A DNA stretch of 64,000 nucleotides. Source: Camelus ferus. Taxonomy: Eukaryota. The stretch's first letter is position 1. Every line of letters starts with the position of its first letter. Both the position numbers and the translations under genes were made by a program. This document shows positions 52,481 to 64,000 of this stretch, piece after piece. Where the stretch lies: positions 23,996,001 to 24,060,000 of the forward strand of contig NC_045697.1 in the NCBI RefSeq assembly GCF_009834535.1, written 5' to 3'. The notes beneath the pieces are model-generated. The model was not told the DNA's origin, searched no databases, and saw nothing but the letters and a program-made list of their open reading frames with translations.

Positions 52481-53552
52481 ACTCTAACTAGTTAAAATTA
52501 CTATATGTAACTTAGACTATTTATGTGCATTTTCTAAATTTTTCCATAATTTAGATTTCCTGTAGTTTAATTTCTAAAATAGTGATTTGTCTAAGCTAAT
52601 ATGCTTCCCTACACAAAAAAATAATTGATTATAATGCAGTTTTGAGCAAACCCAAAATTTGCAAATTTTATCAAAATTTATTCCAACTTTATTTAATGAT
52701 TTCAGGGGTAAATTCCATAAAAGATTCATATCAGTGCTTAGGATCTGATGATATTTCTATCAGCATATTAAACAATCTATAGTCCTGCATAGGAAGGTAT
52801 CATAATATAGCTCAAAGATTTCAAAAATACCAGGACAAACCAAGATGACTTCTGAAATTTAAATGAATACAAATCAATGCATCTTAGATCAGACATTTGC
52901 CAAAGAGCACACTGTTTTCCTTATATATTCCCACACCTCTGTGAATAGCTTCTTCATTAAAACATTTTCAAATTATCTTAATTTAGCTGTGTCATTTATT
53001 ATCTGCTGTGACCCTCACTGATTCAATAATTAGCAGCAGAAGTGGCCCCATGGAACAAATTATAAAAATGGAAGTATGAGTTGGTTTTCTCACATATTTG
53101 AGCAGTCCTGGGATAATCTCATTGTTGGGCAAATGTGGCACATGTACTCCCTGGCATGCAGTTCCAACATCATTATTCAGATCACTTCTGGTGCAATATC
53201 GAATGAAATGCAGGAGAACGGCAAGGTGGTAAGAATTCAAATGGCTGTGACAATTAGGTACCATGGTAACAAGGATAAATAGAAAGCTGGATAGGCACTT
53301 GGCGTCTTCTGACATTCCCAGAGAGCAAATATAGGAAAAAAGAAAACTGAAAAGTTATGAGCATTACAAATTGCAATCTGTGTCAAAAGCCTGAAGACCT
53401 CCACAGCTTTGCAAGAGTTTCTGTTCACCTATAGTAATCAGACAGTTATAGCTAAGGGCCAAGGCAGTGTCTGAAAAGTCGCTGAAAAGGCAGAGTAGAA
53501 AACCTGCAGTTTCTATTAAAGGCTAAATTCTACCAAATCTCTTATACTAAGG

Positions 53553-53752
53553 TATGGATTGGCGATCTATGACTGTAAGGTTACCACCTCTTTTTTTATA
53601 AATAAAATGCTATTACAATAGTCACAACATTGGTTTACATGATATCAATGGCAGAGTTGACAGAGTTGAGTTGTTCCTACAGAGACTGTATGGCCCATGT
53701 ACACACAATATTTGTTGTCTTTCCACTTAAAGAAAATATTTGTGAACTCATG
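53553..53752. mobile_element. MER58-like hAT-Charlie MITE inserted in ERVL gag
   Basis: ttttataaataaaatgctatt, ggcagagttga, acagagactgtatggccc, aatattt...agaaaatatttgtgaactcatg. Confidence 0.78.
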
Positions 53753-54470
53753 CTCCATGGGAATGGCATTTGTGAAGAATGAGTGGGACTCTAAGACATG
53801 GGATGGAGACTTTGATCAAATGTAGAGTACAAGAAAGGCTAACATCCAAAATCCATGGTCTACCAATGCCTGTGAAGGCAAAACCATGCCCACTTTTCAG
53901 AAAACCATCCCATTTCGATATATGAAACTTACAAGAGGGAAACAGTTGCCTTATAAGCACCTCTGCCACCTTCACGTAACAAGAAGACTTAGGTAATTCT
54001 GAAAAAGTACAGGGAGACAACAAGCTTTTATGGTAAAAACAAAACAAAAACACCTAAAAGAATGTTTCAGTTTGTATTAGTAAGGAAGATCTTGAAGAGC
54101 ATGTGAGGAAATGGGAGTTAGACAAAAGGTAATAAAATATAATATTCAGTTTGGACAAATTCACTGGCATGGGTGTACTTAACCAGGTTTTGGGAATTTC
54201 ACATGTTGGTTTGATCTACTGAGAATAATATTAATAGTCTATTAGATTACCTAATTAAAGCCTGGACTTAGTGGTGACCTGTAGTCAATAAAGTCAGTCT
54301 CTTAGAATTTCTCTTATATACTCTAGAGAAGGAGTTTCAGGGCTCAAGAAATGAAAATGTTGGAGTTAATCTATTTTGAGCCACCTAATCAGCTACTTAC
54401 TAACCATAACTCCCAGGAGGGCCCCAAAGATACTTCTTTTTCCAGAGCATTCAAAAAGTATTGACCTGGA

Positions 54471-54612
54471 GGGAAGGGTTTAGCTCAAGTGGTAGAGCAC
54501 ATGCAGAGCACCCAAGAGATCAGGGGTTCAATCCCCAGTACCTCCTCCAACTAGAAATCAATGAAGAAACCTAATTACCACCCCCATCCCCATATAAAAA
54601 AAAAAACAGCCA
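54471..54612 (+). mobile_element. tRNA-derived SINE, camelid Vic-1 type
   Basis: gggaagggtttagctcaagtggtagagcac (A box) ... ggttcaatccccagtacctcc (B box) ... aaacctaattaccacccc, A tail; perfect 18-bp TSD aaaaagtattgacctgga at 54453-54470 and 54613-54630. Confidence 0.92.
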
Positions 54613-54734
54613 AAAAAGTATTGACCTGGAACAATCCACTTTTTTAAAGAATTCCATGATGTCTATTATCTGGACTGGTGTACAAATTAAAGAAATTAAT
54701 GTCATCATAAAAGAAGAAGATGATTCCTACCACA

Positions 54735-54895
54735 TTCTCATTTAAATTGCTGACTTAACTTGTGAAACTGAGGCACAGAATAGTAAACTAACTTGCCCAG
54801 ATTTACCCAGTCTTATAAGCAGAGGCAAGAGTCTAATCTTTGCAGTTTGAAACCAGAATTCCTCTTTGTAGCAAATACACAGTATTGCCCTTCAG
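54735..54895 (-). mobile_element. MIR fragment
   Basis: gaaactgaggcacagaatagtaaactaacttgcccagatttacccag. Confidence 0.75.
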
Positions 54896-57800
54896 ACAAT
54901 GAGGAAGTTAGTCAGTGGAAGTGGAAAGTGGGCATCTGCAGCAGAGGAAATAGTATTTTTTCCTGTAAAAGTGTCAGTTTTTTCCGGTTGGGGAGACACG
55001 ATGTGTTGTCACTGTAAGCAAGAAAAGAGATAATTAGGAATTTTAGAGAGTTAATATAGTATTTGACAAAAAAAGAAGATAAACTTGAACATCAGTTTTT
55101 GAGAAAGAACAATTATCTGGTTTCACTGGCATATCAAGAACTCAGTTTGATTACTTGGGCATTTTCAGCAGAATATTGTTGAATGTGTTGTTTCTTTGAG
55201 TCATATGTTTCTATGAAGTGCCAGTTACATCATGCATATGGAAAATTGGGGGTGCTGGTGACTATTAGGAAATAAGAAATGAGATATTTTAGTATAAAGA
55301 AATAACTGGTATCCCAACTATAAAAAATAGACTACCAAGATTAGGGGGCACAACGTCACTTGTGGAATTGCATATAGAGTACAAAGTTAGTTTATTTTTT
55401 TTATAACTTAGGTAATGACGTTTGCTACTCAAGAATAGGAAGAAATTCTGTAAAGGAATTAAAATTCTGAGAATTTCCTTTATGATCCCCAGGAATAATG
55501 GTCAGGGACAATCCAAGAGAGGCACATGGCCTCCATTTTCCTTGGAGTGAGGTTAGATGAATTTGAGGTAAAAAGCAGAGGTGAAATGATTTTTATGTCA
55601 TTTGTAGAGAGCTGAATTACAGGCAGGATTTTGGATTACCATGATTGGGCATTGGGACAAGGCCTGAGCACACATTCTTTTTGAATTAAAACAGGAATTA
55701 ACACCATATTTAGTCTGCAATGCACTATGTAATATCTAAAAAATAAAGTTGCATATTGATATTGGAAAGTAACTGGAAAAGCTGTAGATCAGCCCAAGCG
55801 TTAGTCAAAGCAAAGTTTCAACTGCTCTGGTTTAAAAGGACAATACTGATTTAAAAAAAAAAAAGTATTACTCTTGATTTACACTTTTCAGAGTCCAGGA
55901 CCTTAATAAACTAGAAAGGACTTTACCAGATGGAAAGCTTGAGCTGCATGGTTGCCTGCAATCCCTGTAGGAATTTCCTGAGTTACCACATTTTATGCTT
56001 AGAACAAGTAGTTTTCTGAAGAAACTAAGTTTCATCACAGTTAATTTACTCTCTTAATGGGTGACAGAGCTTATCAAACATAAAGCAAGAATTTCATGCT
56101 AAGTTTCCCTGACTCAGCAAGTCATTTCTCTATATTCTATGCCTGCCGATTAACATAATAATCATCAGTATCAACACTTGAATTAAGTTGACCACTTGGT
56201 TACTTTAACTGTCAGTGGAAGCAGTTGAAATAACGAGCCTGATAAATGGCACATTGATACTTAGGTATGAGTTTAGTCATCCCAAATTAGTCAAAAAAGA
56301 CACTATAGCAGAAACCCTTGTTCTTAGATTGCTTGTAACCTTTATAAACAGATACTGTGCAGCATGTATCTGACCATATTACCTAAATACATTTGATTTA
56401 GTATATTTGAAATCATACACTATTTATAGGTACGTTTCTATGCAGAACCAATTGTGTCAGACATGGGAGCCTCAGGGGAAAAACACTGCTATCTTAAGAA
56501 AAAAGTGTATTTAAAGTAAAGAGAAGACATTGAATTACTATGCCTATGTATACACCATAAGGATGGTTTGTTTATAACAACTGTTGTCGTATTTTTAGCA
56601 TATGAATCAAAAAATAACCACTTTCAAAATGTGTGAATAAAGAGATTCATTTAAGTCTGTAGCAGTATATGCCAATTAAGTCATATATGCTGCATTATAT
56701 ATTAAACAACTATTTTACTCTCTTTTTAGCTACTTTATTGCAATTTTATGTTTTGGTTAGCTTACTACTTGCAATATGCACACATTTTCTTGCCATTATA
56801 ACTGGTTACATCATGCTAAGTCATTATGCAAAATAATATATTATTCATTCTATCAGTTACTTATGTTATTGCTTCTACATCTCACTGTGCATCTTTGCTG
56901 ACAGCAAAGGTTATTTAAAGGGGAAGTGTTTTTAGTTGCTATGAATAGGTTGAATGAAGAGCAATGTGCAGTACAATATTGTTTTGACTTTTCATGTAAA
57001 GATTATGAGAAACCATGATCAGTAAACCAATTTAGTAAACTGCAATCGGGAGAAAATGAACTAAATATCAGGGTGATTGCTAATCTATTTTCATCTACCC
57101 TCAGAAGTACAAGTCCAATACTGGGCATTTTCATTTATGGAAAATGAAAGAGCAGAGATTGAGCGAGAATCTGAGAAGAGTAACAACGTAATGAGTACTT
57201 TAAGTACGCTGAAAGGAATACTTAGGGCAAGAAGGAAAGCAGGAATTAGGGCTTAATGTTTGGATTCAGAGTTGTACAGAGAATATTGGAAAATGAGCAT
57301 TGTTCATTCACTGTTTTATTTTGCCATGTAATTGTCAACAGAGACACATGAAAAATTCAGGAATCATAAATTTTAAACCAATCAAAGAAACAATTGCTTT
57401 ATGCTTAGTCATCCTGTTTTCATAAAAACAAACCTTTCATGTAATCCCTGAGATAGATTCTTGCAGGAAACATAGATTTTCCTTGCCTTGTAAAGATTCA
57501 GGGTGGGATGGAGAAAAAAATAATTTCACCTTATTATCTGAATTAAAACTAGGATGAAACCTTTCTTTGAAAAAAATTAGTACCTGAGGAAGAAAGGAAA
57601 ATAGGGTAAAAGTAAACATAACTCACTAAGGATTCACGTTTTTCCTTTGAAAAAAAATTTGTGTCTCTAGAATCCCAGGGCCAATGTCAGCCTATCCACA
57701 CCTCTGTATGATTTACAACAATGAATCTCTTCCGGAATAAAATAACTCCATACAAGCCTAGTAAGTAGAGCAGAGACTGGATATGTGTCCCCACTAACCC

Positions 57801-60800
57801 GTGGCAGACAGTCTGCAAAACAGCAGGAAGTTGCTGGATTACCCCACCTCCAGGACCTTGCATTTTTCTCCTGACCTAAGCATTTCATTCATTGGTTAAC
57901 AGTTATACTAGGTATAATTTCGCTTTTAATTTAGGCTGAAATACCATAAAGAAAGGAACTAAATATGTCTCGGATTGTAGTAGAAACGTGAGAGAAGTTA
58001 TTAAATTACATAGTAATTTTGTTGCCAATTAAAAAAACACTTCTATTAATACAAATAAGCAAACCTATTGTAAACTATAAAATCAGAACAAATGCACTTC
58101 GTAGGCATCATTACACTGTCCTTAGCCCATGTAGCATATTTTTTCCTATATTATTTGGTAACTGATTTCAGTGTTCAATGGGATGTTCTGTTCAATAAAT
58201 ATTCTTGATGAAAAAAGCCTCACTTAATAAAGTAAGAAAGTATAAGTATCCTAAATAGGCTTTCAAATGTTGGCATATGCCAGTTAGCAAATCTGTGTTT
58301 GACAAGTGTGTGTATTTTGATGCAATATTCAAAAACAAACAGTTTTTTAATCAGTTTGACTTGGTTTAAATAGGCAGTGATATGTGGCTCACTTTGAGAA
58401 AAAAAAAAAAGATGCAGTTAAAGCTACAATAAAACATTTAATTAGTTTCAATGAATTCAATTTCCCAAACTCTCTTTCACAGACTGATTAAATTCATTTC
58501 TCAGTCTCGACTATGTATCATGTTTGGCTTTTGATGTTAGGGATTAAAAAAGTGAATGAAAGTTTATCTCTGACCTTAAAGAACTCACAATTGGTTCATG
58601 ACAACATAATTTTTACCAAAATGAGTTCTTGAGAGGACTAAGAATGATCTTTGCCCTAATGCTTCCCTACAATAAAATGGTTACTCAGAGTGCATCCCTA
58701 TCTAATTCCAAAGCCAGCCTCAGAGGTACTGGAAACTAAATTAGAGATCTGTTTATACAGTTTTGATTTCTGAATTCTTACTACTGTAATACATATGTTC
58801 TTTTTTTTTCTCCGTGATTTACAATAGTAGTTTTAAGAAACACATATAAATACTTTGTTTATAAGAAAACATTTTTTAAAAAGAATCAAATGAGCAACAG
58901 GAAAAAAATACTTAATTTCAAGCAAATATGTATTTTTTCTTAAGCTTCATACCATTAAATCAGATTAACTAGTATTCACAAAACTTCATGGTTCAAAAAT
59001 CATGTTGTTTTATATTATGTTTTTTAAAGAAGTTTAAAGTGATGAAAAGGCCAGTAAAATACTTTCATAATTGTTTAAAAAATGCTTATCTTCTTTTAAA
59101 AATGGAAAGGCACATCCATCATATGGATGATGATGAAGGAATGATGAAGGATTAAGACTGGAATTTTTTACTCTCTGTCTTTGGTCCTGTGCAATGTGTC
59201 TGTGAAGAGCAGTGGGTTATTTTAGTGGATGTTTCAGTGGATAAACTTCAGAGAAATCTTAAACCTGATATGTATTCAAACCCCAAATAGCCACAACAGT
59301 CATCCAAACCAAAGTCATCTTCAAAATTCTTACATGTCAGTGTCACTTCAGGCTTTTGACCCTAGACTTTGAGTGATTTTTGTATCTCACCTTGGGGTTA
59401 TGATACGATTTTTGGACTGTCTAAAACTTGTAACTCTAGAGTGATACCTTATCCTGATGCTGAATTGTCCTTGAATAGAAGTTTGTAGAATCTGCGTTTA
59501 TGTGATTCTACTTATCTTTTTATATTCTGTCTCTGTAATCCAGGGGAAACCCATATCAATACCTTTTATCTATCTATATTTCTTTATAAAGTGTCAGCAA
59601 ATAAAACTTTAGGTACTATAATTTCTAGAATAATGAATTTTGTCAGGGATTTTGATTCTCAAATAATTAACAACTTATTACATAAGTGTCTGATCCTGCC
59701 CAGTATACTTTGTCTTTCTACATAGAAAATTCCCTTAGTTTCTACAATTGACCTTAATTCATGGAAGTTTTCCAGGAGTATGGAGTGTATCACTTTGGAG
59801 AAGATTAAAAGATACAATAAAACACAAGTAAGAATAAATTCCCTATCTGACCTCCTAAAGAAAGAGGAAAATCACATTCAGAAATTACCTAAGAATTCAG
59901 TGGACCTTTCTACTGTGCAAAAGTAGAATTACCAGGAGAAATACCTTTTCTAAAATTATAATGAAACTTTATTCTACATCTTCTGGAAACCTGTTATGTA
60001 ATTTGGCAAATTCTAATTGTCTGTTTTATTTTCTTTAGTAGTTTTAGCCCTCTCTTCTTAGCTTTGCTCCATGTAAAGTTCTTCTTGACTGTATATATTC
60101 AATTTCCCCAATTGTGTTCCAGAAATCAAAAAAATGATTGTATCCTGTTCTAACCTAATATGATCAGATTTTCTATATTCTCTTATGAATGTTTTGTCAG
60201 TGTACCTAATAATTTCTGTTGACCCACTGGAATCTACCACAACTATTTTACCATAATTTTTAATTGAAAATACAGTGAATGTTTGAGAATGAGGTTTTTC
60301 TAGTGAGAGGGAAGAAGAGTTATCACCTGTATGTTCTTGAATGAGATTTCTGCTTCAAGAAATTACAAAATAACTCAGTCATTTCTATTGCCACATTGCA
60401 ATACAAGCTTGTATATAATTTACCTTCTATCATTACCCAGGGTCCCTTTTGTACTGAATACAAGTTTTATCTGCTCCTTGAATGTGCTAGGTTATCTCTT
60501 CCAGATGCTTTATGTGTTTTGCATTTTTGCAGGCTGACTCTGAGTTTGTACAACCTTTTCTGTATCTCTGCCCTGTTTTGGTGCGGCTGTATGACATTAT
60601 TTTTGCTTTCTTTGTTAACTTGTCCCAATTTAGAATCACCCGAAAAAAATATGTTTATATCCTGATTTAGCCATTTTCCCAGAGTTCTAACAATAAATTA
60701 AATATTTTTGACTTGTATAATACAGAATAAAATTTGAAGTTAGTGTCTAGAATAACTCAACCACAAGTATAACCTTACGCTTTTAAAATAAGAACTTGAT

Positions 60801-62669
60801 TTAAAATCATGGCTATGTAATTATTGTGAATATACTCCCTTAAACATTTTCATAATGTTTTTGAACATTTTATATCATGTAGTGAAACGGTAAGTTATAA
60901 ATTATAGCTCGTAACCCTTTCCTCTTAAATGAGAGAATTCTTGAATTTGAGAAAAAGATCATCGTCAAGTTAGACAGAATACTCTGTCAGATGGAATAGG
61001 TTATACCATATAGATAATTTTTTATAATTATTATTACTGTAATTTCATACAGGTGATATATCTGAATCAGTTTAAATCTATCACAAGATGTTCATATTTT
61101 GAAACAGTTTTTCGAGCCCTATCATTGCTTTATGGCAGGATTCCTTGGTGGCTGCATTAGGTTAATCTACAAATATTGTTCACATATATGCTATTTAGCC
61201 ATTTTTCTGGCATTGTTTTGTTAACGACGTTGTTGGTGAATGAAGAAATTCATTTGAAGAAAGCTTTATCCAGTTCCTGTGGAAAAATTAGAATGTTCAA
61301 AATCATATAATTGTTCATTTTCTCAGGAAAAAATTAAGTCAGGACCATAATATCACTATAATTAAAATGTTTTAATTCAACCTTGCAAATCATTTCCCTG
61401 AACTACTGGGTCTTCCAAAGCCTGTGCCTCCAAAAGGATTTTCTAATGTCATTCCTTTAGAATCTTTTCCCATCTTCTCTCTGTACTTGATTTCCTTACA
61501 CTCCTTAAACAAAGTGTCTGCCTCCCATAAATAGGTTTAGACTTCCCCCACAATTTCCCACTAAAATACAACCTGAATCAAAAGAGTATACAGGAGAGAT
61601 ACTACATTTCTCATTAGAGCTGCTGGTTTACTCTTATTAGCTCCCCCTTGACTTCCTTTTAGGAGCTGGGCTCATGGAGCAATGTTTTTCCATGGCTGCC
61701 TTTGCTGGCTTGACTCATCATCTACAATTCTCAGGAAAAATTATTTTTAAAATGTGGACTTTCTATGATAAGCATGGAAATAGATATTGAGGAATATCTC
61801 AGAGTTCCCTTCTAAGATATGTTTTCCTGACAGTAGTGTCAACACTGTGATTTTAAGAAAGGAAGACTTAGAAACTATTTTATTCCACAAACACATTCTT
61901 TGGGACCTTTGCATTATGGCCACTAATGGGTTTAAATACGAATGCATTCCTAATGCTATGGTGTTTCTATCAGGGATAGGAAATAATTAGGTTTGCATAA
62001 CTAACCATGTTCTTTCTTAGAGATATAAAATTGTGTATTCAGGGAATCACTCATTTTCCTCTGCCTAAGTGCTTTGAGTCAAAGATCAAGAGTATACTAC
62101 ATTAATTCAGTAAGCCTTTATTGAGTGCTTCCTTTATGTCAAGCAAACCATAGCTTGGTGCTGTTGATGCAAGCCAGTCAATGTTTTCTTTGGAAGATTT
62201 TTTTGTTCTGTTTTCTAGGCACAAACACGGAAACCCCATTGCTCTGTATGGTCCTTTTCTACGTTTTAAGGAAAAGATTAACAGAGCTAATCATATCTTA
62301 AGATTGTGAGAGAGATCGCATGCTTCTCATAAACAACTCACATGTGCATTTTAATAGTGACTTTTGGGTGATAATGGTGCCATCTTTTATTATTCATGGA
62401 ACATGGAGTAAGACTGTCAAACTGTGAGAAAAGTCAATTTCAAGAAGATACTAGACCATAAGTATATGTGAGGAGGGAAGAATTTGTGGATTTCTTCTAA
62501 TAAGCATATAGTGTCAGTCCCAAATTCATGGATTGCTCATCTTTCATTTCAGGCAGCCATTTTCTTGATCAGAAAGTCTAACAGGACAGTTTTTCCAAGG
62601 TTAGACCCTTATTTTATATTAGTTGAAGAAGTTTAGGAAAATTCTGAAAGACTCCATAAGTGTAATATA

Positions 62670-63985
62670 TCTAAAACTGATCTCATTGCTATATTCCCTA
62701 TGACACAAACAGACACACATATTCAAAACTAAAAATTGAAAAAAATACAACATCTAAACTCATTTATTTCTGGTGTTGGTTAATGCCTTCAACTCAGTTT
62801 TGCAATTTAGAATCTATGGAGTAACACTTCCTTGTAACTGAAATCCATCTCTACCAAAATTTTCAGGCAATTAATTATACCTCAAAATTATTTCTGAAAT
62901 CTGACTTCTCCTTTCTATTCCCATCAGAATGGAAGTGAGTTTAGGTTAGTACTTAATTTTTTACCCTACACTCAGGCATTCTTCTCAATCTCTTTTTAGT
63001 CTAATTCATATTCCACATTGTCTGTGTAATTAATCTTCATAAAACTCTGCTGGTAGCCCCATTTCCTTGGTAATTATATTAGTTTACTAGGGCTGCCATA
63101 ACAGAATTACCACAGCTGGGTAGATGAAACCACAGAAATTCATTTTCTCTTGGTTCCAGAGGGTAGAAGTCCAAGATCAAATTGTCAGCAGGCTTATTTT
63201 TTCCCTAAGGCACTCTAGTTAGTTTAAAGATGGCTGACTTCTAAATGTGTCCTCACATGATCATCCCTTGATCTGTGTGTTGTCTATGTCCTAATCTCCT
63301 CTATTTATAACGACATCAGTCATATTGGATTACAGCCCACCTGAATGACTTTGTTTCACCTTATTACCTCTTTAAAGTCTCTATCTCCAAATAAGGTCAC
63401 ATTGTGAGCTACTGTGTGAATCAGGACTTCAACATAGGAATTTGGAAGAGATATGATTCAGCTGATAACAATGGCAGATCTTTTCCCATGTACATGAGAG
63501 CTTTCCAGTCTGCTCCTAATATATCTCTTTTTTCTTTGTCTTTGACTATCCACGCTACTCCATTTATCTACATCTGTTCAAAGTGAAATCCTTTCTGCCT
63601 GGACTACCCTTATCACATCTCCACCTGAAAAACATCTACTCTTTCTTTAAATACTTTTTCAGTATTTCTCAATGTTTCTGAAATATTAACACCCAAGTAA
63701 TAACATAATCCTTTTTAGTAATGCATTTATTTATGTGAAGAATTAAGTGTGAAGTCAAAGGTCATTAAAGTGTTCAAAGCTGGTCTCATTTCTGTATTCA
63801 TTTTATATCCCTTTTTTTCTACTGCTCTATTGTCCCACTTTTGTTTTATGCTATTCTGTTATAAGTATCCTTCTAAATTGAATTAGATACTCATTTGAAC
63901 AAGATGGGATATAAAGATATTGCTACATATTAAGTACCTATTCAAACATTATGTTTATTGCTGCAAATGTAATGATGAATAGGCT
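62670..63985 (+). mobile_element. L2 3' region, split by an MLT1A LTR
   Basis: aacatctaaactcattt, cacttccttgtaactgaaatccatct, ttctgcctggactaccctt, taagtacctattcaaac...aatgatgaat. Confidence 0.6.
63075..63470 (-). mobile_element. MaLR solo LTR, MLT1A/B-like
   Basis: tattagtttactagggctgccataaca, agaagtccaagatcaa, ctatctccaaataaggtcacatt, aggacttcaacataggaattt. Confidence 0.9.
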
Positions 63986-64000
63986 GATCCCTACTCTCAA

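Larger units (their letters stand above)
53025..54700 (+). mobile_element. ERVL (class III ERV) internal region, decayed gag pseudogene
   Basis: Translated blocks AFVKNEWDSKTWDGDF (53766-53813), FTGMGVL (about 54160), NSLLDYLIKAWT*W*P (54233-54280) and QEGPKDTSFSRAF (54414-54452) are collinear with recalled ERVL Gag motifs KEWDPETWDGD, FIDMG, NSLxxWLxExWxxRWP and EGPEDTPF. Confidence 0.82.

Noticed and set aside
54471..54545. tRNA gene
   Set aside because: The tRNA-like head continues into a SINE body and A tail, is flanked by an 18-bp TSD and has a homologue at 6358-6510, so it is a SINE.
61040..61295. Minus-strand exon after acceptor ctaatttttccacAG (61277-61278)
   Set aside because: All frames stop within about 27 codons, the donor is weak and the peptides are unrecognised.
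1..64000. The supplied 60-121 aa ORFs as protein-coding genes
   Set aside because: All are short, many start at non-ATG codons, their composition mirrors AT-rich DNA (F/L/I/K/Y), many lie within repeats, and none resembles a cellular protein I recognise or forms a consistent exon chain.
1..64000. CRISPR array, operon, prophage or other prokaryotic system
   Set aside because: No regularly spaced repeat-spacer structure and no gene-dense organisation; the sequence is mammalian by its repeat content.

Overview
AT-rich, CpG-depleted mammalian genomic DNA, intergenic or deep intronic. It is most likely camelid (camel/alpaca/llama), because it carries two tRNA-derived SINEs matching the camelid Vic-1 type and shows no Alu, B1/B2, Bov-tA, PRE-1 or SINEC elements. 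I can support no intact protein-coding gene, RNA gene or prokaryotic-type system; the supplied ORFs are short chance frames or fragments of transposon proteins. The window is a layered record of mobile elements: ancient L2/MIR, old L1M fragments, many MaLR/ERVL solo LTRs (MLT1, MLT2, LTR40), an ERV1 MER67-like LTR, an ERVL gag fossil interrupted by a MER58-like MITE and a SINE, and three younger L1 3' ends with intact target-site duplications (TSDs). The most interesting details are mechanistic: a probable 15-nt L1 3' transduction (37.9 kb), a twin-priming inverted L1 (23 kb), a 20-nt hairpin insertion flanked by a 14-bp duplication (7.7 kb) and the nested ERVL gag fossil (53-54.7 kb). Family names come from recalled consensus sequences, not a search. 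Boundaries of old elements are approximate. I found no evidence of a new biological system.
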